Shown here piece by piece: positions 56,381 to 64,000 of a DNA stretch of 64,000 bases. The DNA is taken from NCBI GenBank assembly GCA_028707125.1, contig JAQTUX010000001.1, positions 394,375 through 458,374 on the forward strand, in the 5' to 3' direction. Position 1 is the first letter of the stretch, and the number at the start of each line of letters is the position of its first letter. A program made the translations under genes and the position numbers. The DNA comes from Candidatus Omnitrophota bacterium. Its GTDB lineage: Bacteria; Omnitrophota; Gorgyraeia; Gygaellales; JAQTUX01. Below the pieces are notes generated by a model that saw only the letters and a program-made list of their open reading frames with translations, was not told the origin of the DNA and did not search any database.

Positions 56381-57823
56381 ATGGTCGAGAATGAACTTAT
56401 AACGCAGAGGAAAGACAAGTTAAAGGCCTTAAAGGATAAGGGGCTGGATCCTTATCTGAACAACAGTTTTTCCCGGGATGAGATCGGCATCTGCCTCTCG
56501 CGGTTTGAGGAAGGCAGGAAGGCCGCGGTAGCGGGCAGGCTTATGCAGAAACGCCTGCACGGAAAAGCCGCGTTTGCCGACCTCAGAGATTCAACCGGCA
56601 CGCTCCAGCTCTATTTTGCCAAGGACGCGCTGGGGGATGAGAAATTTGAAGATTTCAAATGTATTGATATCGCCGATATCCTGGGCGTTAAGGGCGAAAT
56701 GTTCAAGACGCGCACGGGGCAGGTCACGCTTAAGGTCTTCGATTTCACGCTCTTGTCAAAGGCGGTAAGGCCCCTGCCTGAGAAGTGGCACGGCTTAAAA
56801 GACGTTGAAACCAGGTACAGGCAGAGATACCTTGATATCATTGCCAATAGCGAAGCCGGCAGCGTATTCATATTAAGAAGCGGGATAATATCCTGCTTGA
56901 GAGAATTTTTAGACGAGAGAGGGTATCTTGAGGTTGAAACGCCCATGATGCACCCCATACCCGGAGGCGCCGCGGGCAGGCCGTTTCAGACCCACCACAA
57001 CGAATACGACATAGACCTTTACCTGCGCATAGCTCCGGAGCTTTATCTGAAAAAACTGCTCGTGGCAGGGTTTGACAAGGTCTACGAGATAAACCGAAGC
57101 TTCAGGAACGAGGGCGTCTCTACCATGCATAATCCCGAATTCACCATGCTTGAGGTCTATGAAGCGTTTACCGATTATCAGGGGATGATGGAATTATGCG
57201 AGGAGATGATAGTATACGTCATAAATAAGGTTGCCGGCGGCACAAAAATAGAATACCAGGGCAGGGAGCTGGATTTCCAGAGGCCGTGGAAGAGGGTTTC
57301 CTTCGCCGGGCTGGTAAAGGAAAAATTCGGCATCTCGCCGTCTGATCCTCTTGAGGATATGGTGGAAAAACTGCGTAAGAAGGGGAAGATCGAGGCGCGG
57401 GCAGTTCTTACGCGCACTCAGGTGACGAAGATCATTGAGGATCTGCTTGAGGAAGATATGCCGGGATACCCCGTAATGGTCACCGACTATTTTACCTCAA
57501 TGAGCCCGCTGGCAAAGGCCAGGAAGGACGACCCCCTGGTCTGCGAGCGCTTTGAGCTGTTTATCTCCGGCATTGAGGTGGGCAACGCCTATTCGGAGTT
57601 GAACGACCCGTTTGAACAGAGGAAGCGTTTTATAGAGGAAATAGAGGCGCTGCCGGGAGAGGAAAAGAAGAACGTTGACGAGGACTTCCTGCTGGCGCTT
57701 GAGCAGGGCATGCCTCCGGCGGGCGGGTTGGGCATAGGCATTGACCGGCTGGTCATGCTTTTATCCAACCAGCCGTCCATAAGGGACGTGATATTGTTTC
57801 CTTTGCTGAGGCCCGGACAATAA
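56381..57823 (+). CDS. lysS: Lysine--tRNA ligase, class II
   Basis: N-terminal OB-fold region; class II motifs 'FRNEGVSTMHNPEFTMLEVY', 'GGLGIGIDRLVMLL'. Confidence 0.9.
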   Translation: MVENELITQRKDKLKALKDKGLDPYLNNSFSRDEIGICLSRFEEGRKAAVAGRLMQKRLHGKAAFADLRDSTGTLQLYFAKDALGDEKFEDFKCIDIADILGVKGEMFKTRTGQVTLKVFDFTLLSKAVRPLPEKWHGLKDVETRYRQRYLDIIANSEAGSVFILRSGIISCLREFLDERGYLEVETPMMHPIPGGAAGRPFQTHHNEYDIDLYLRIAPELYLKKLLVAGFDKVYEINRSFRNEGVSTMHNPEFTMLEVYEAFTDYQGMMELCEEMIVYVINKVAGGTKIEYQGRELDFQRPWKRVSFAGLVKEKFGISPSDPLEDMVEKLRKKGKIEARAVLTRTQVTKIIEDLLEEDMPGYPVMVTDYFTSMSPLAKARKDDPLVCERFELFISGIEVGNAYSELNDPFEQRKRFIEEIEALPGEEKKNVDEDFLLALEQGMPPAGGLGIGIDRLVMLLSNQPSIRDVILFPLLRPGQ

Positions 57824-59013
57824 TGCGTTTTGAATTTAAGCTCGCGTTTCGCTATTTGACAACCGGAAGAAAAGAGCGGTTTATCTCGCTCATCGGCCTG
57901 ATATCCATACTGGGCGTGGCAATAGGGGTTATGGCGCTTATAGTGGTGCTGGCGGTGATGAGCGGCTTTGACCGCGAGCTCAAGGACAAGATAGTAGGCA
58001 GTTTCGCGCATATCACCGTTGAATCGGAAGCCGGCATAGCCGACTACGGCGCTTTGGCTGAAACGATAAAGAGCGTCCCTATGGTTGAAGCGGTCAGCCC
58101 TTACATCCAGGGACAGGTGTTGATCTCCGCCTACGATAAGCTTTTCCCCGTGGCAGTGCGCGGCATAGAGCCGGATACAGAGAAAAATATTTCCAAGCTC
58201 CGGGAATATATAACAAAAGGTGATTTTGACGGGCTCAAAGATGATGCCTGCGTTATCGGCAGCGAGCTGGCTTATTCTTTCGGGCTGGGCATAGGCGATA
58301 CCTTGTCGGTGTATTCACCCCTGTTTTCCAAAGATAAGGCGCATCTGGCCGTGGCCGCCGTCTTTAACTCAGGGATGTATGATTACGACTCAGGCCTGAT
58401 CTTTGTAAATATAGGCACTGCCCAGCGGCTCTTCGGTATGGGGGGCGCGATCGCCGGAGCCGCCGTGAAGCTGAGCGATCTGGACGCCGCGGACAGCGTC
58501 AAGCTGAACATACACAGAAAGCTCGGCTTCAATTATAAGGTGATGTCCTGGATGGACAGGAACAGGAACTTTTTTGCCGCGCTCCAACTTGAAAAGGTGA
58601 CCATGTTCATCATACTCGCGCTTATTGTCCTGGTCGCCTGTTTTAACATAATCAGCACGCTGATAGTAATGGTCGTGCAGAAGACAAGGGATATAGGCAT
58701 ACTGCGCACCATAGGCGCCACGAGGAAGAGCGTGAGGCGCGCGTTCATGCTGGTGGGTTTGCTTATCGGCGGCTCCGGCATATTGGCCGGCACAGGCCTG
58801 GGTGTGCTGCTGTGTTTGCTGCTTAAAAAATACCAGTTCGTGAAGCTTCCGGCGGACATATATTATATCCAAACCCTGCCCGTGTACCTGAAGTTATGGC
58901 CGGATATAATCTGTATCGTATCGTCGGCGTTATTGATAATATTCCTTTCTACCATTTACCCGGCAGCCAGGGCAGCCAGGGTCGTGCCTGCCGAGGCATT
59001 GAGGTATGAGTAA
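57823..59013 (+). CDS. Lipoprotein-releasing system permease (LolC/LolE family, FtsX-like)
   Basis: 'MRFEFKLAFRYLTTGRKERFISLIGLISILGVAIGVMALIVVLAVMSGF'; 4 TM with large periplasmic loop; TAATG overlap with lysS. Confidence 0.8.
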   Translation: MRFEFKLAFRYLTTGRKERFISLIGLISILGVAIGVMALIVVLAVMSGFDRELKDKIVGSFAHITVESEAGIADYGALAETIKSVPMVEAVSPYIQGQVLISAYDKLFPVAVRGIEPDTEKNISKLREYITKGDFDGLKDDACVIGSELAYSFGLGIGDTLSVYSPLFSKDKAHLAVAAVFNSGMYDYDSGLIFVNIGTAQRLFGMGGAIAGAAVKLSDLDAADSVKLNIHRKLGFNYKVMSWMDRNRNFFAALQLEKVTMFIILALIVLVACFNIISTLIVMVVQKTRDIGILRTIGATRKSVRRAFMLVGLLIGGSGILAGTGLGVLLCLLLKKYQFVKLPADIYYIQTLPVYLKLWPDIICIVSSALLIIFLSTIYPAARAARVVPAEALRYE

Positions 59014-59672
59014 TGATAGAGGCGCGCAAATTAAATAAGGTATACGGCACGGGCAGCCGCTCGCTTCATGTGCTCAAGGACATAGATATCAGGATCCGCA
59101 AGGGGGAGTTTGTTTCCATAGCCGGGCCGTCGGGCGCGGGCAAGTCCACGCTGCTGCATCTTCTCGGCGGCATAGACCTTCCCACAAGCGGAGAGGTATT
59201 TTTTAACAGCGTTGACCTGTACAGCCGGCCCGAGGAAGAGGCCTCGCGCATCCTCAATAAAAGCGTCGGCTTCGTGTTCCAATTCTATTACCTGCTGCCT
59301 GACTTTAACGCGCTGGAGAACGTTTCCTTTCCGGCGCTTATTGCCGGGGCCGCGGACGCCGGGAGCAGGGCAGAGCGGTTGATCGACAGGTTCGGTTTGA
59401 GGGAGAGGATGAATAATTTTCCCGCCCAACTTTCAGGCGGGGAACAACAGCGGCTGGCTATAGCCAGGGCGCTGATAAACGGCCCCGAGGTCCTGCTTTG
59501 CGATGAGCCCACGGGCAACCTTGATTCCGAGAACGGGGAACGCGTCCTTTCCATCCTGAGCGAGTTAAACAGCGATAACGCGACCACCGTTGTGGTGGTG
59601 ACCCATGACGAAGCGGTCGCGGCGCGGGCGGACAGAGTGATCCATTTGAAAGATGGAGTTGTGTTGAATTAG
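59013..59672 (+). CDS. lolD: Lipoprotein-releasing system ATP-binding protein
   Basis: Walker A 'GPSGAGKST', signature 'LSGGEQQRLAIARAL', Walker B 'LLCDEPTGNLD'. Confidence 0.85.
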   Translation: MIEARKLNKVYGTGSRSLHVLKDIDIRIRKGEFVSIAGPSGAGKSTLLHLLGGIDLPTSGEVFFNSVDLYSRPEEEASRILNKSVGFVFQFYYLLPDFNALENVSFPALIAGAADAGSRAERLIDRFGLRERMNNFPAQLSGGEQQRLAIARALINGPEVLLCDEPTGNLDSENGERVLSILSELNSDNATTVVVVTHDEAVAARADRVIHLKDGVVLN

Positions 59673-59681
59673 GAGGTATCT

Positions 59682-60551
59682 ATGAAGATATGGCTTAATG
59701 GTAAATTAGTGGCGAAAGACGAGGCGCGCGTGTCGGTGTTTGACCACGGCCTGCTTTACGGCGACGGCGTGTTTGAAGGCATAAGAAGCTACGGCCGCCG
59801 CGTGTTCAAGTTAAGGGAACACGTTGACCGGCTGTATGAGTCCGCCCACTCAATAATGCTTAAGGTCCCTTTAAGCAAGGAGCAGATGATAAGGGCGGTC
59901 ATCGCCACATTAAAGGCGAATAATCTAAAAGATGCCTACATCCGGCTTGTGGTTACCCGCGGAGAGGGGGACCTCGGGCTTGACCCCAGGAAATGCGCGG
60001 GCAGGCCGACGATATTTATCATCGCGGATAAGATCGCGCTCTATCCCGAGCGCCTGTACAGGGACGGCCTGGAGATCATTACCGTTCCGACGATGCGAAA
60101 CCTGCCTGAGGCGCTTAATCCTCAGATCAAGTCGCTGAATTACCTTAATAATATACTGGCCAAGATCGAGGCGGCCAATTCAGGCTATGACGAGGCGATC
60201 ATGATGGACCATCTGGGTTATGTCGCCGAATGCACGGGGGACAATATATTCTGCGTGAAGCGCAGCCACCTCTATACCCCGCCTCAGTGTATGGGGACAT
60301 TGCGCGGCATCACGCGCGATACGGTGCTGGAACTGGCCAGAAAGGAAAGGATCCCCACGCACGAGCACGTATTGACCAGGCATGAGCTGTTTATCTGCGA
60401 TGAGGTGTTCCTCACCGGCACCGCCGCCGAGATAATCCCCGTGGTAAAGGTGGACGGCAGGCAGATAGGCGACGGAAAGCCCGGCAGGATCACCAACAGG
60501 CTTATCAGGGAATTCAGAAAAGCGACCAGGACCGGCGGAGTGAAGTACTAA
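59682..60551 (+). CDS. Class IV (fold type IV) aminotransferase, branched-chain amino acid aminotransferase-like
   Basis: 'VSVFDHGLLYGDGVFEGIRSY', 'ECTGDNIFCVK', 289 aa. Confidence 0.6.
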   Translation: MKIWLNGKLVAKDEARVSVFDHGLLYGDGVFEGIRSYGRRVFKLREHVDRLYESAHSIMLKVPLSKEQMIRAVIATLKANNLKDAYIRLVVTRGEGDLGLDPRKCAGRPTIFIIADKIALYPERLYRDGLEIITVPTMRNLPEALNPQIKSLNYLNNILAKIEAANSGYDEAIMMDHLGYVAECTGDNIFCVKRSHLYTPPQCMGTLRGITRDTVLELARKERIPTHEHVLTRHELFICDEVFLTGTAAEIIPVVKVDGRQIGDGKPGRITNRLIREFRKATRTGGVKY

Positions 60552-60562
60552 AGGGAGGGTTT

Positions 60563-61120
60563 ATGCTTTGCGATGTCTGCGGCAAGAATGAAGCGAGTAT
60601 GCATCTTACCGAGATAGTCAACGGTGAAATGGCGGAGCTGCATCTTTGCGAGAAGTGCGCGGCGGAAAAGAGCATGGAGGTCCAGCAGCAGTTCGGATTG
60701 GCGGACCTGCTTGCCGGGCTCTCGCATCTTGGGGAAAAGGCGGCGATAGAAAGGGACGCTTTGGGATTGAAGTGCCCCAACTGCCGCATAACTTATGAGG
60801 ATTTCAGGAAGGCGGGCCGGCTGGGCTGCAGCGAATGCTACAACGCCTTCAGAAAATACCTGGCGCCTCTTTTAAGGAAGATACACGGCTCAACCAGCCA
60901 TACGGGAAAGTCACCGCGGTTTAAGGCAAAGGCGGCAGCGGCTTCCCGGGCGCCGAAACTCAAGAAGGCCGATGAGGCCCTTGCCGGGCCACGGGCCAAG
61001 CCGGGCGACGACGTCGCTGAGCTGAGGGCAAGGCTGCAGAAGGCGATAGCTTCGGAGGAGTATGAAGAGGCGGCGCGGCTGCGCGATAAGATACGGGAAT
61101 TGGAAAAAAGGAGCAAATAA
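60563..61120 (+). CDS. mcsA: McsA-like protein (zinc-finger plus UVR domain; arginine kinase activator)
   Basis: Four CxxC pairs 'CDVCGK','CEKCAAE','CPNCRI','CSECYN'; C-terminal UVR 'EEYEEAARLRDKIRELE'. Confidence 0.7.
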   Translation: MLCDVCGKNEASMHLTEIVNGEMAELHLCEKCAAEKSMEVQQQFGLADLLAGLSHLGEKAAIERDALGLKCPNCRITYEDFRKAGRLGCSECYNAFRKYLAPLLRKIHGSTSHTGKSPRFKAKAAAASRAPKLKKADEALAGPRAKPGDDVAELRARLQKAIASEEYEEAARLRDKIRELEKRSK

Positions 61121-62172
61121 TGCGGCTGGATGACCTGTTGAATCAGACGAGCGAGTGGCTCAAAGGCACGGGGGCCAATTCCGACATAGTGATATCTTCG
61201 CGCGTGCGGCTGGCAAGGAACCTGGAAAAGTACCTGTTTTCCAACTGGGCGGATAAGGCCGGCAGCGAAGAGGTGCTTAAGAAGGTGGAGGCGGCCGTCA
61301 AGCAGAGCAACCTGCTTAAGACGATGATGATCATACGCCTGGCAGACCTGGACGTCCTGGATAAGCAGTTCCTCATCGAGCGGCATCTTATGAGCCATGA
61401 GCACGTCCAGAAGCCAGACGGCAAGGCGCTGATCGTGGACGACCAGGAGATCGTGGCGATAATGGTCAACGAAGAAGACCACCTTCGCATGCAGGTAATG
61501 CAGTCGGGGTTTGATCTGATAGAGGCATGGAATATAATGAGCAAGATAGACGATGAGTTGTCCGCCCGGCTTAATTTCGCCTTTTCCGAAGAGTGGGGGT
61601 ATTTGACCGCCTGCCCCACTAACACGGGCACGGGCTTAAGGGGCAGCGTAATGCTTCATCTGCCCGCGTTGGTGATCACACGCCAGATAAATAAGGTATT
61701 GGCGGCGGTGGGCAAGCTGGGCTTTAATACGAGGGGTTTTTACGGAGAGGGCACGCAGGCGACAGGCAATTTCTTCCAGATCTCCAACCTTGTTTCATTG
61801 GGGCACATGGAAGATGAGATCATAGAAAATATGAACGGGCTCGTGCGCCAGATAATCGATCAGGAAAGGCAGGCAAGGAACGTCCTGATAGGCCAGCACA
61901 AGGCGATGCTGGAAGACAAGATCGCGCGCTCGCTGGGCGTATTGATGAGCGCGCATATCATATCCAGCCAGGAGACCACCGACCTGCTTTCCATGGTGCG
62001 GCTGGGCGTTGATATGGGGCTGATAAAGGATATTGACAGGCGCACGGTGAACGAGCTTTTTATCATCACGCAGCCGGCGCACCTTCAGAAATTTGAAGGC
62101 AAGAAACTGAGCGCGCAGGAGCGTGACGAGAAAAGAGCCGAGATCATCAGGGAAAAATTAAAACAGAAATAA
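61120..62172 (+). CDS. mcsB: Protein arginine kinase (ATP:guanido phosphotransferase)
   Basis: Phosphagen-kinase signature 'CPTNTGTGLRGS'; TAATG overlap with mcsA. Confidence 0.85.
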   Translation: MRLDDLLNQTSEWLKGTGANSDIVISSRVRLARNLEKYLFSNWADKAGSEEVLKKVEAAVKQSNLLKTMMIIRLADLDVLDKQFLIERHLMSHEHVQKPDGKALIVDDQEIVAIMVNEEDHLRMQVMQSGFDLIEAWNIMSKIDDELSARLNFAFSEEWGYLTACPTNTGTGLRGSVMLHLPALVITRQINKVLAAVGKLGFNTRGFYGEGTQATGNFFQISNLVSLGHMEDEIIENMNGLVRQIIDQERQARNVLIGQHKAMLEDKIARSLGVLMSAHIISSQETTDLLSMVRLGVDMGLIKDIDRRTVNELFIITQPAHLQKFEGKKLSAQERDEKRAEIIREKLKQK

Positions 62173-62190
62173 ATATTAAGGAGGATAGCG

Positions 62191-64000
62191 ATGTTCAACA
62201 GATTCACCGAAAGGGCGAGGAAGGTAATAATACTGGCAAAGGAGGAGGCCAGGAGGTTTAACCACGATTACATCGGCACAGAGCACATACTGCTGGGGCT
62301 CATACGCGAGGGCGAAGGCGTCGCCGCCGCCGTATTGCAGAAATTGGGCCTGAGCCTTGAGACGATCCGGCTTGAGGTGGAGAAACTGGTCCAGCCCGGG
62401 CCGTCGACCCAGATACTGGGCGACATACCGTTTACCCCGCGCGCCAAAAAGGTGCTGGAGCTGGCAGCGGAAGAGGCGCGCTCAATGGGCCATAACTACA
62501 TCGGCACAGAGCACATACTGCTGGGGCTCATACGCGAGGGCGAAGGCGTTGCCTCGCAGGTCCTGATGAACCTCGGGCTTGATTTTGACCGCGTGCGCAA
62601 TGAAGTTATATCTCTGCTTGGTTCCGCTATCCCCGGTTTCAGCGGACAGCAGCAGCAGGCAAAGACCAAGACCCCGGCGCTGGATGCCTTTGGCCGCGAC
62701 CTGACCCAGCTGGCCAAAGACAACAAGCTTGACCCCGTCATAGACAGGACCAGCGAGATAGAGAGGGTCATACAGATATTAAGCCGCCGCACAAAAAATA
62801 ACCCCGTGCTTTTAGGCGAGGCAGGCGTGGGCAAGACCGCCATAGTTGAAGGCCTGGCGCAGTCCATCATCGCCGGCAACGTGCCTGAGGTATTAAGGGG
62901 CAAGCGCATCGTGGTGCTTGACCTGGCGCTTATGGTCGCCGGCACAAAATACCGCGGCCAGTTTGAAGAGAGGATCAAGGCGGTCATGGAAGAGATCAAG
63001 CGCTCCAAAGACGTCGTGGTGTTCATTGACGAGCTTCATACGCTTGTGGGCGCGGGGGCGGCAGAGGGGGCGATCGACGCCTCCAATATACTAAAGCCGG
63101 CGCTTTCCCGCGGCGAGATACAGTGCATAGGCGCCACCACCCTTGATGAATACAGAAAGTACATTGAGAAGGACGCCGCCCTTGAGAGAAGGTTCCAGAC
63201 GATCATGGTGGACCCGCCGACGGTTGACCAGACCATCGCTATCTTAAAGGGCCTGAGGGACAGGTATGAGGCGCACCACCGCGTCAAGTTCACGGACGAG
63301 GCGCTGGAGGCGGCGGCAAAATTATCCGACAGGTATATCTCGGGCAGGTTCCTGCCGGATAAGGCGATCGACCTGATCGACGAGACCGGCTCGCGCGCGC
63401 GGCTCAACGTCCTGGTCGTTCCGTCGGAGATAAAGGAATTAGAGCGTAAGGTGGAGGAGCTGAGGAAGGAAAAGGAAGAGCTGATAAAGAGCCAGAACTT
63501 TGAAAAGGCGGCCGGCTTAAGGGACCAGGAAAGGCAGGTAAGGACCGAACTTGACAAGGCGAACAAGGAGTGGAATGCCGCCAAGGATAAGACGATGCCT
63601 GAGATCAGCGCCGAAGATATCGCCAAGATCGTGGCGCAGTGGACGGGCATACCCATTTTCCGCCTGGAAGAGAAGGAAAGCGAGAAACTGCTTAAGATAG
63701 AAGAAGAACTGCATAAAAGCGTTATAGGGCAGGAGGAGGCGATAAAGACCATCGCCCGCGCGGTCAGGCGTTCGCGCGCCGGTATCAAAGACCCGCGCCG
63801 GCCCATCGGCTCATTTATATTCCTGGGGCCGACAGGCGTAGGCAAGACCCTGCTCGCCAGGGCCCTGGCCGACTTTATGTTCGGCGACCAGGACGCCCTT
63901 GTCCAGCTGGATATGTCGGAGTATATGGAAAAGTTTAACGTCTCGCGCCTGGTGGGCGCGCCTCCCGGATACGTGGGATACGAAGAGGGCGGGCAGCTGA
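62191..64000 (+). CDS. clpC: ATP-dependent Clp protease ATP-binding subunit ClpC (3' partial, runs off window); absent from supplied ORF track
   Basis: ATG 62191 after 'aaggagga'; two Clp_N repeats '[18 protein letters not shown]'; Walker A '[16 protein letters not shown]'; UVR-like linker; second AAA '[15 protein letters not shown]'. Confidence 0.9.
   Translation, partial: MFNRFTERARKVIILAKEEARRFNHDYIGTEHILLGLIREGEGVAAAVLQKLGLSLETIRLEVEKLVQPGPSTQILGDIPFTPRAKKVLELAAEEARSMGHNYIGTEHILLGLIREGEGVASQVLMNLGLDFDRVRNEVISLLGSAIPGFSGQQQQAKTKTPALDAFGRDLTQLAKDNKLDPVIDRTSEIERVIQILSRRTKNNPVLLGEAGVGKTAIVEGLAQSIIAGNVPEVLRGKRIVVLDLALMVAGTKYRGQFEERIKAVMEEIKRSKDVVVFIDELHTLVGAGAAEGAIDASNILKPALSRGEIQCIGATTLDEYRKYIEKDAALERRFQTIMVDPPTVDQTIAILKGLRDRYEAHHRVKFTDEALEAAAKLSDRYISGRFLPDKAIDLIDETGSRARLNVLVVPSEIKELERKVEELRKEKEELIKSQNFEKAAGLRDQERQVRTELDKANKEWNAAKDKTMPEISAEDIAKIVAQWTGIPIFRLEEKESEKLLKIEEELHKSVIGQEEAIKTIARAVRRSRAGIKDPRRPIGSFIFLGPTGVGKTLLARALADFMFGDQDALVQLDMSEYMEKFNVSRLVGAPPGYVGYEEGGQL
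62269..62549 (+). repeat. Perfect 53-bp direct repeat (62269-62321 and 62497-62549) inside clpC, 228 bp apart
   Basis: 'tacatcggcacagagcacatactgctggggctcatacgcgagggcgaaggcgt' occurs twice verbatim. Confidence 0.8.

Noticed and set aside
60838-61482. 214-aa minus-strand ORF
   Set aside because: Antisense to the mcsA/mcsB junction. mcsB carries the phosphagen kinase signature, so the minus ORF is a GC-rich shadow frame.
62496-63845. Two minus-strand ORFs (176 and 269 aa) and plus-frame ORF 62357..62566
   Set aside because: All overlap the ClpC reading frame starting at ATG 62191. ClpC has Walker motifs and Clp_N repeats and is simply missing from the ORF track because it has no stop within the window.
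1-64000. Mobile elements, tRNA/rRNA genes, CRISPR arrays
   Set aside because: No transposase or integrase-like ORFs, no terminal inverted repeats, no tRNA-like cloverleaf sequences in intergenic gaps, and no repeat-spacer arrays were seen on reading both strands.

Overview
This is a 64 kb bacterial chromosomal window (moderate GC, likely Gram-negative or diderm). There are no rRNA or tRNA genes, no CRISPR arrays, and no transposases or integrases. Three blocks stand out.

(1) Positions 1 to about 34.5 kb are a single-strand, tightly packed, partly overlapping (translationally coupled) glycan-modification island of about 27 genes. It contains six SGNH/GDSL-type hydrolase or acyltransferase paralogs, two of which carry a TPR array inserted between SGNH block III and block V. 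It contains five GT-C-fold integral-membrane glycosyltransferase paralogs (ArnT/PMT-like DE motif, one DUF2142-like). It also contains GT2, GT4 and GT9 enzymes. A polyprenyl-phosphate-sugar-synthase-like GT2 fused to a SAM methyltransferase is followed by a B12-binding radical SAM fused to a YdjC-type sugar deacetylase. There is a separate radical SAM/SPASM enzyme, a membrane-anchored NPP/alkaline-phosphatase-family enzyme, and cysD-TSUP-cysN (sulfate activation). The island ends with a partial T2SS/T4P-like module: a short GspF, a GspI-like pseudopilin, and a ~1000-aa GspK-like protein with a lamin-tail domain.

(2) 35 to 49 kb is a nitrogen-assimilation supercluster: ECF-like sigma factor, OMP, amtB-glnK-glnA, a standalone Fis-type HTH, gltB-gltD, pyrG, and a convergent glutamine-synthetase-family gene with an N-terminal HTH. 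It carries several candidate RNA regulatory structures: a glnK/glnA terminator with alternative pairing, a pyrG leader hairpin, and a promoter-terminator pair before the sigma gene.

(3) 49 to 64 kb holds a 932-aa coiled-coil lipoprotein with a C-terminal OmpA domain, a convergent TPR protein and a GGDEF (GGDDF variant) sensor. It ends with a lysS-lolE-lolD-ilvE-like-mcsA-mcsB-clpC operon; clpC runs off the window edge and carries a perfect 53-bp intragenic direct repeat.

The most plausible candidate for a novel system is the lipid-linked-sugar deacetylation/radical-SAM tailoring unit (7623..11212) feeding a battery of GT-C transferases and SGNH enzymes, possibly coupled to sulfation and to pseudopilin-like surface proteins. 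All functional calls rest on motif recognition by eye; no database search was possible.
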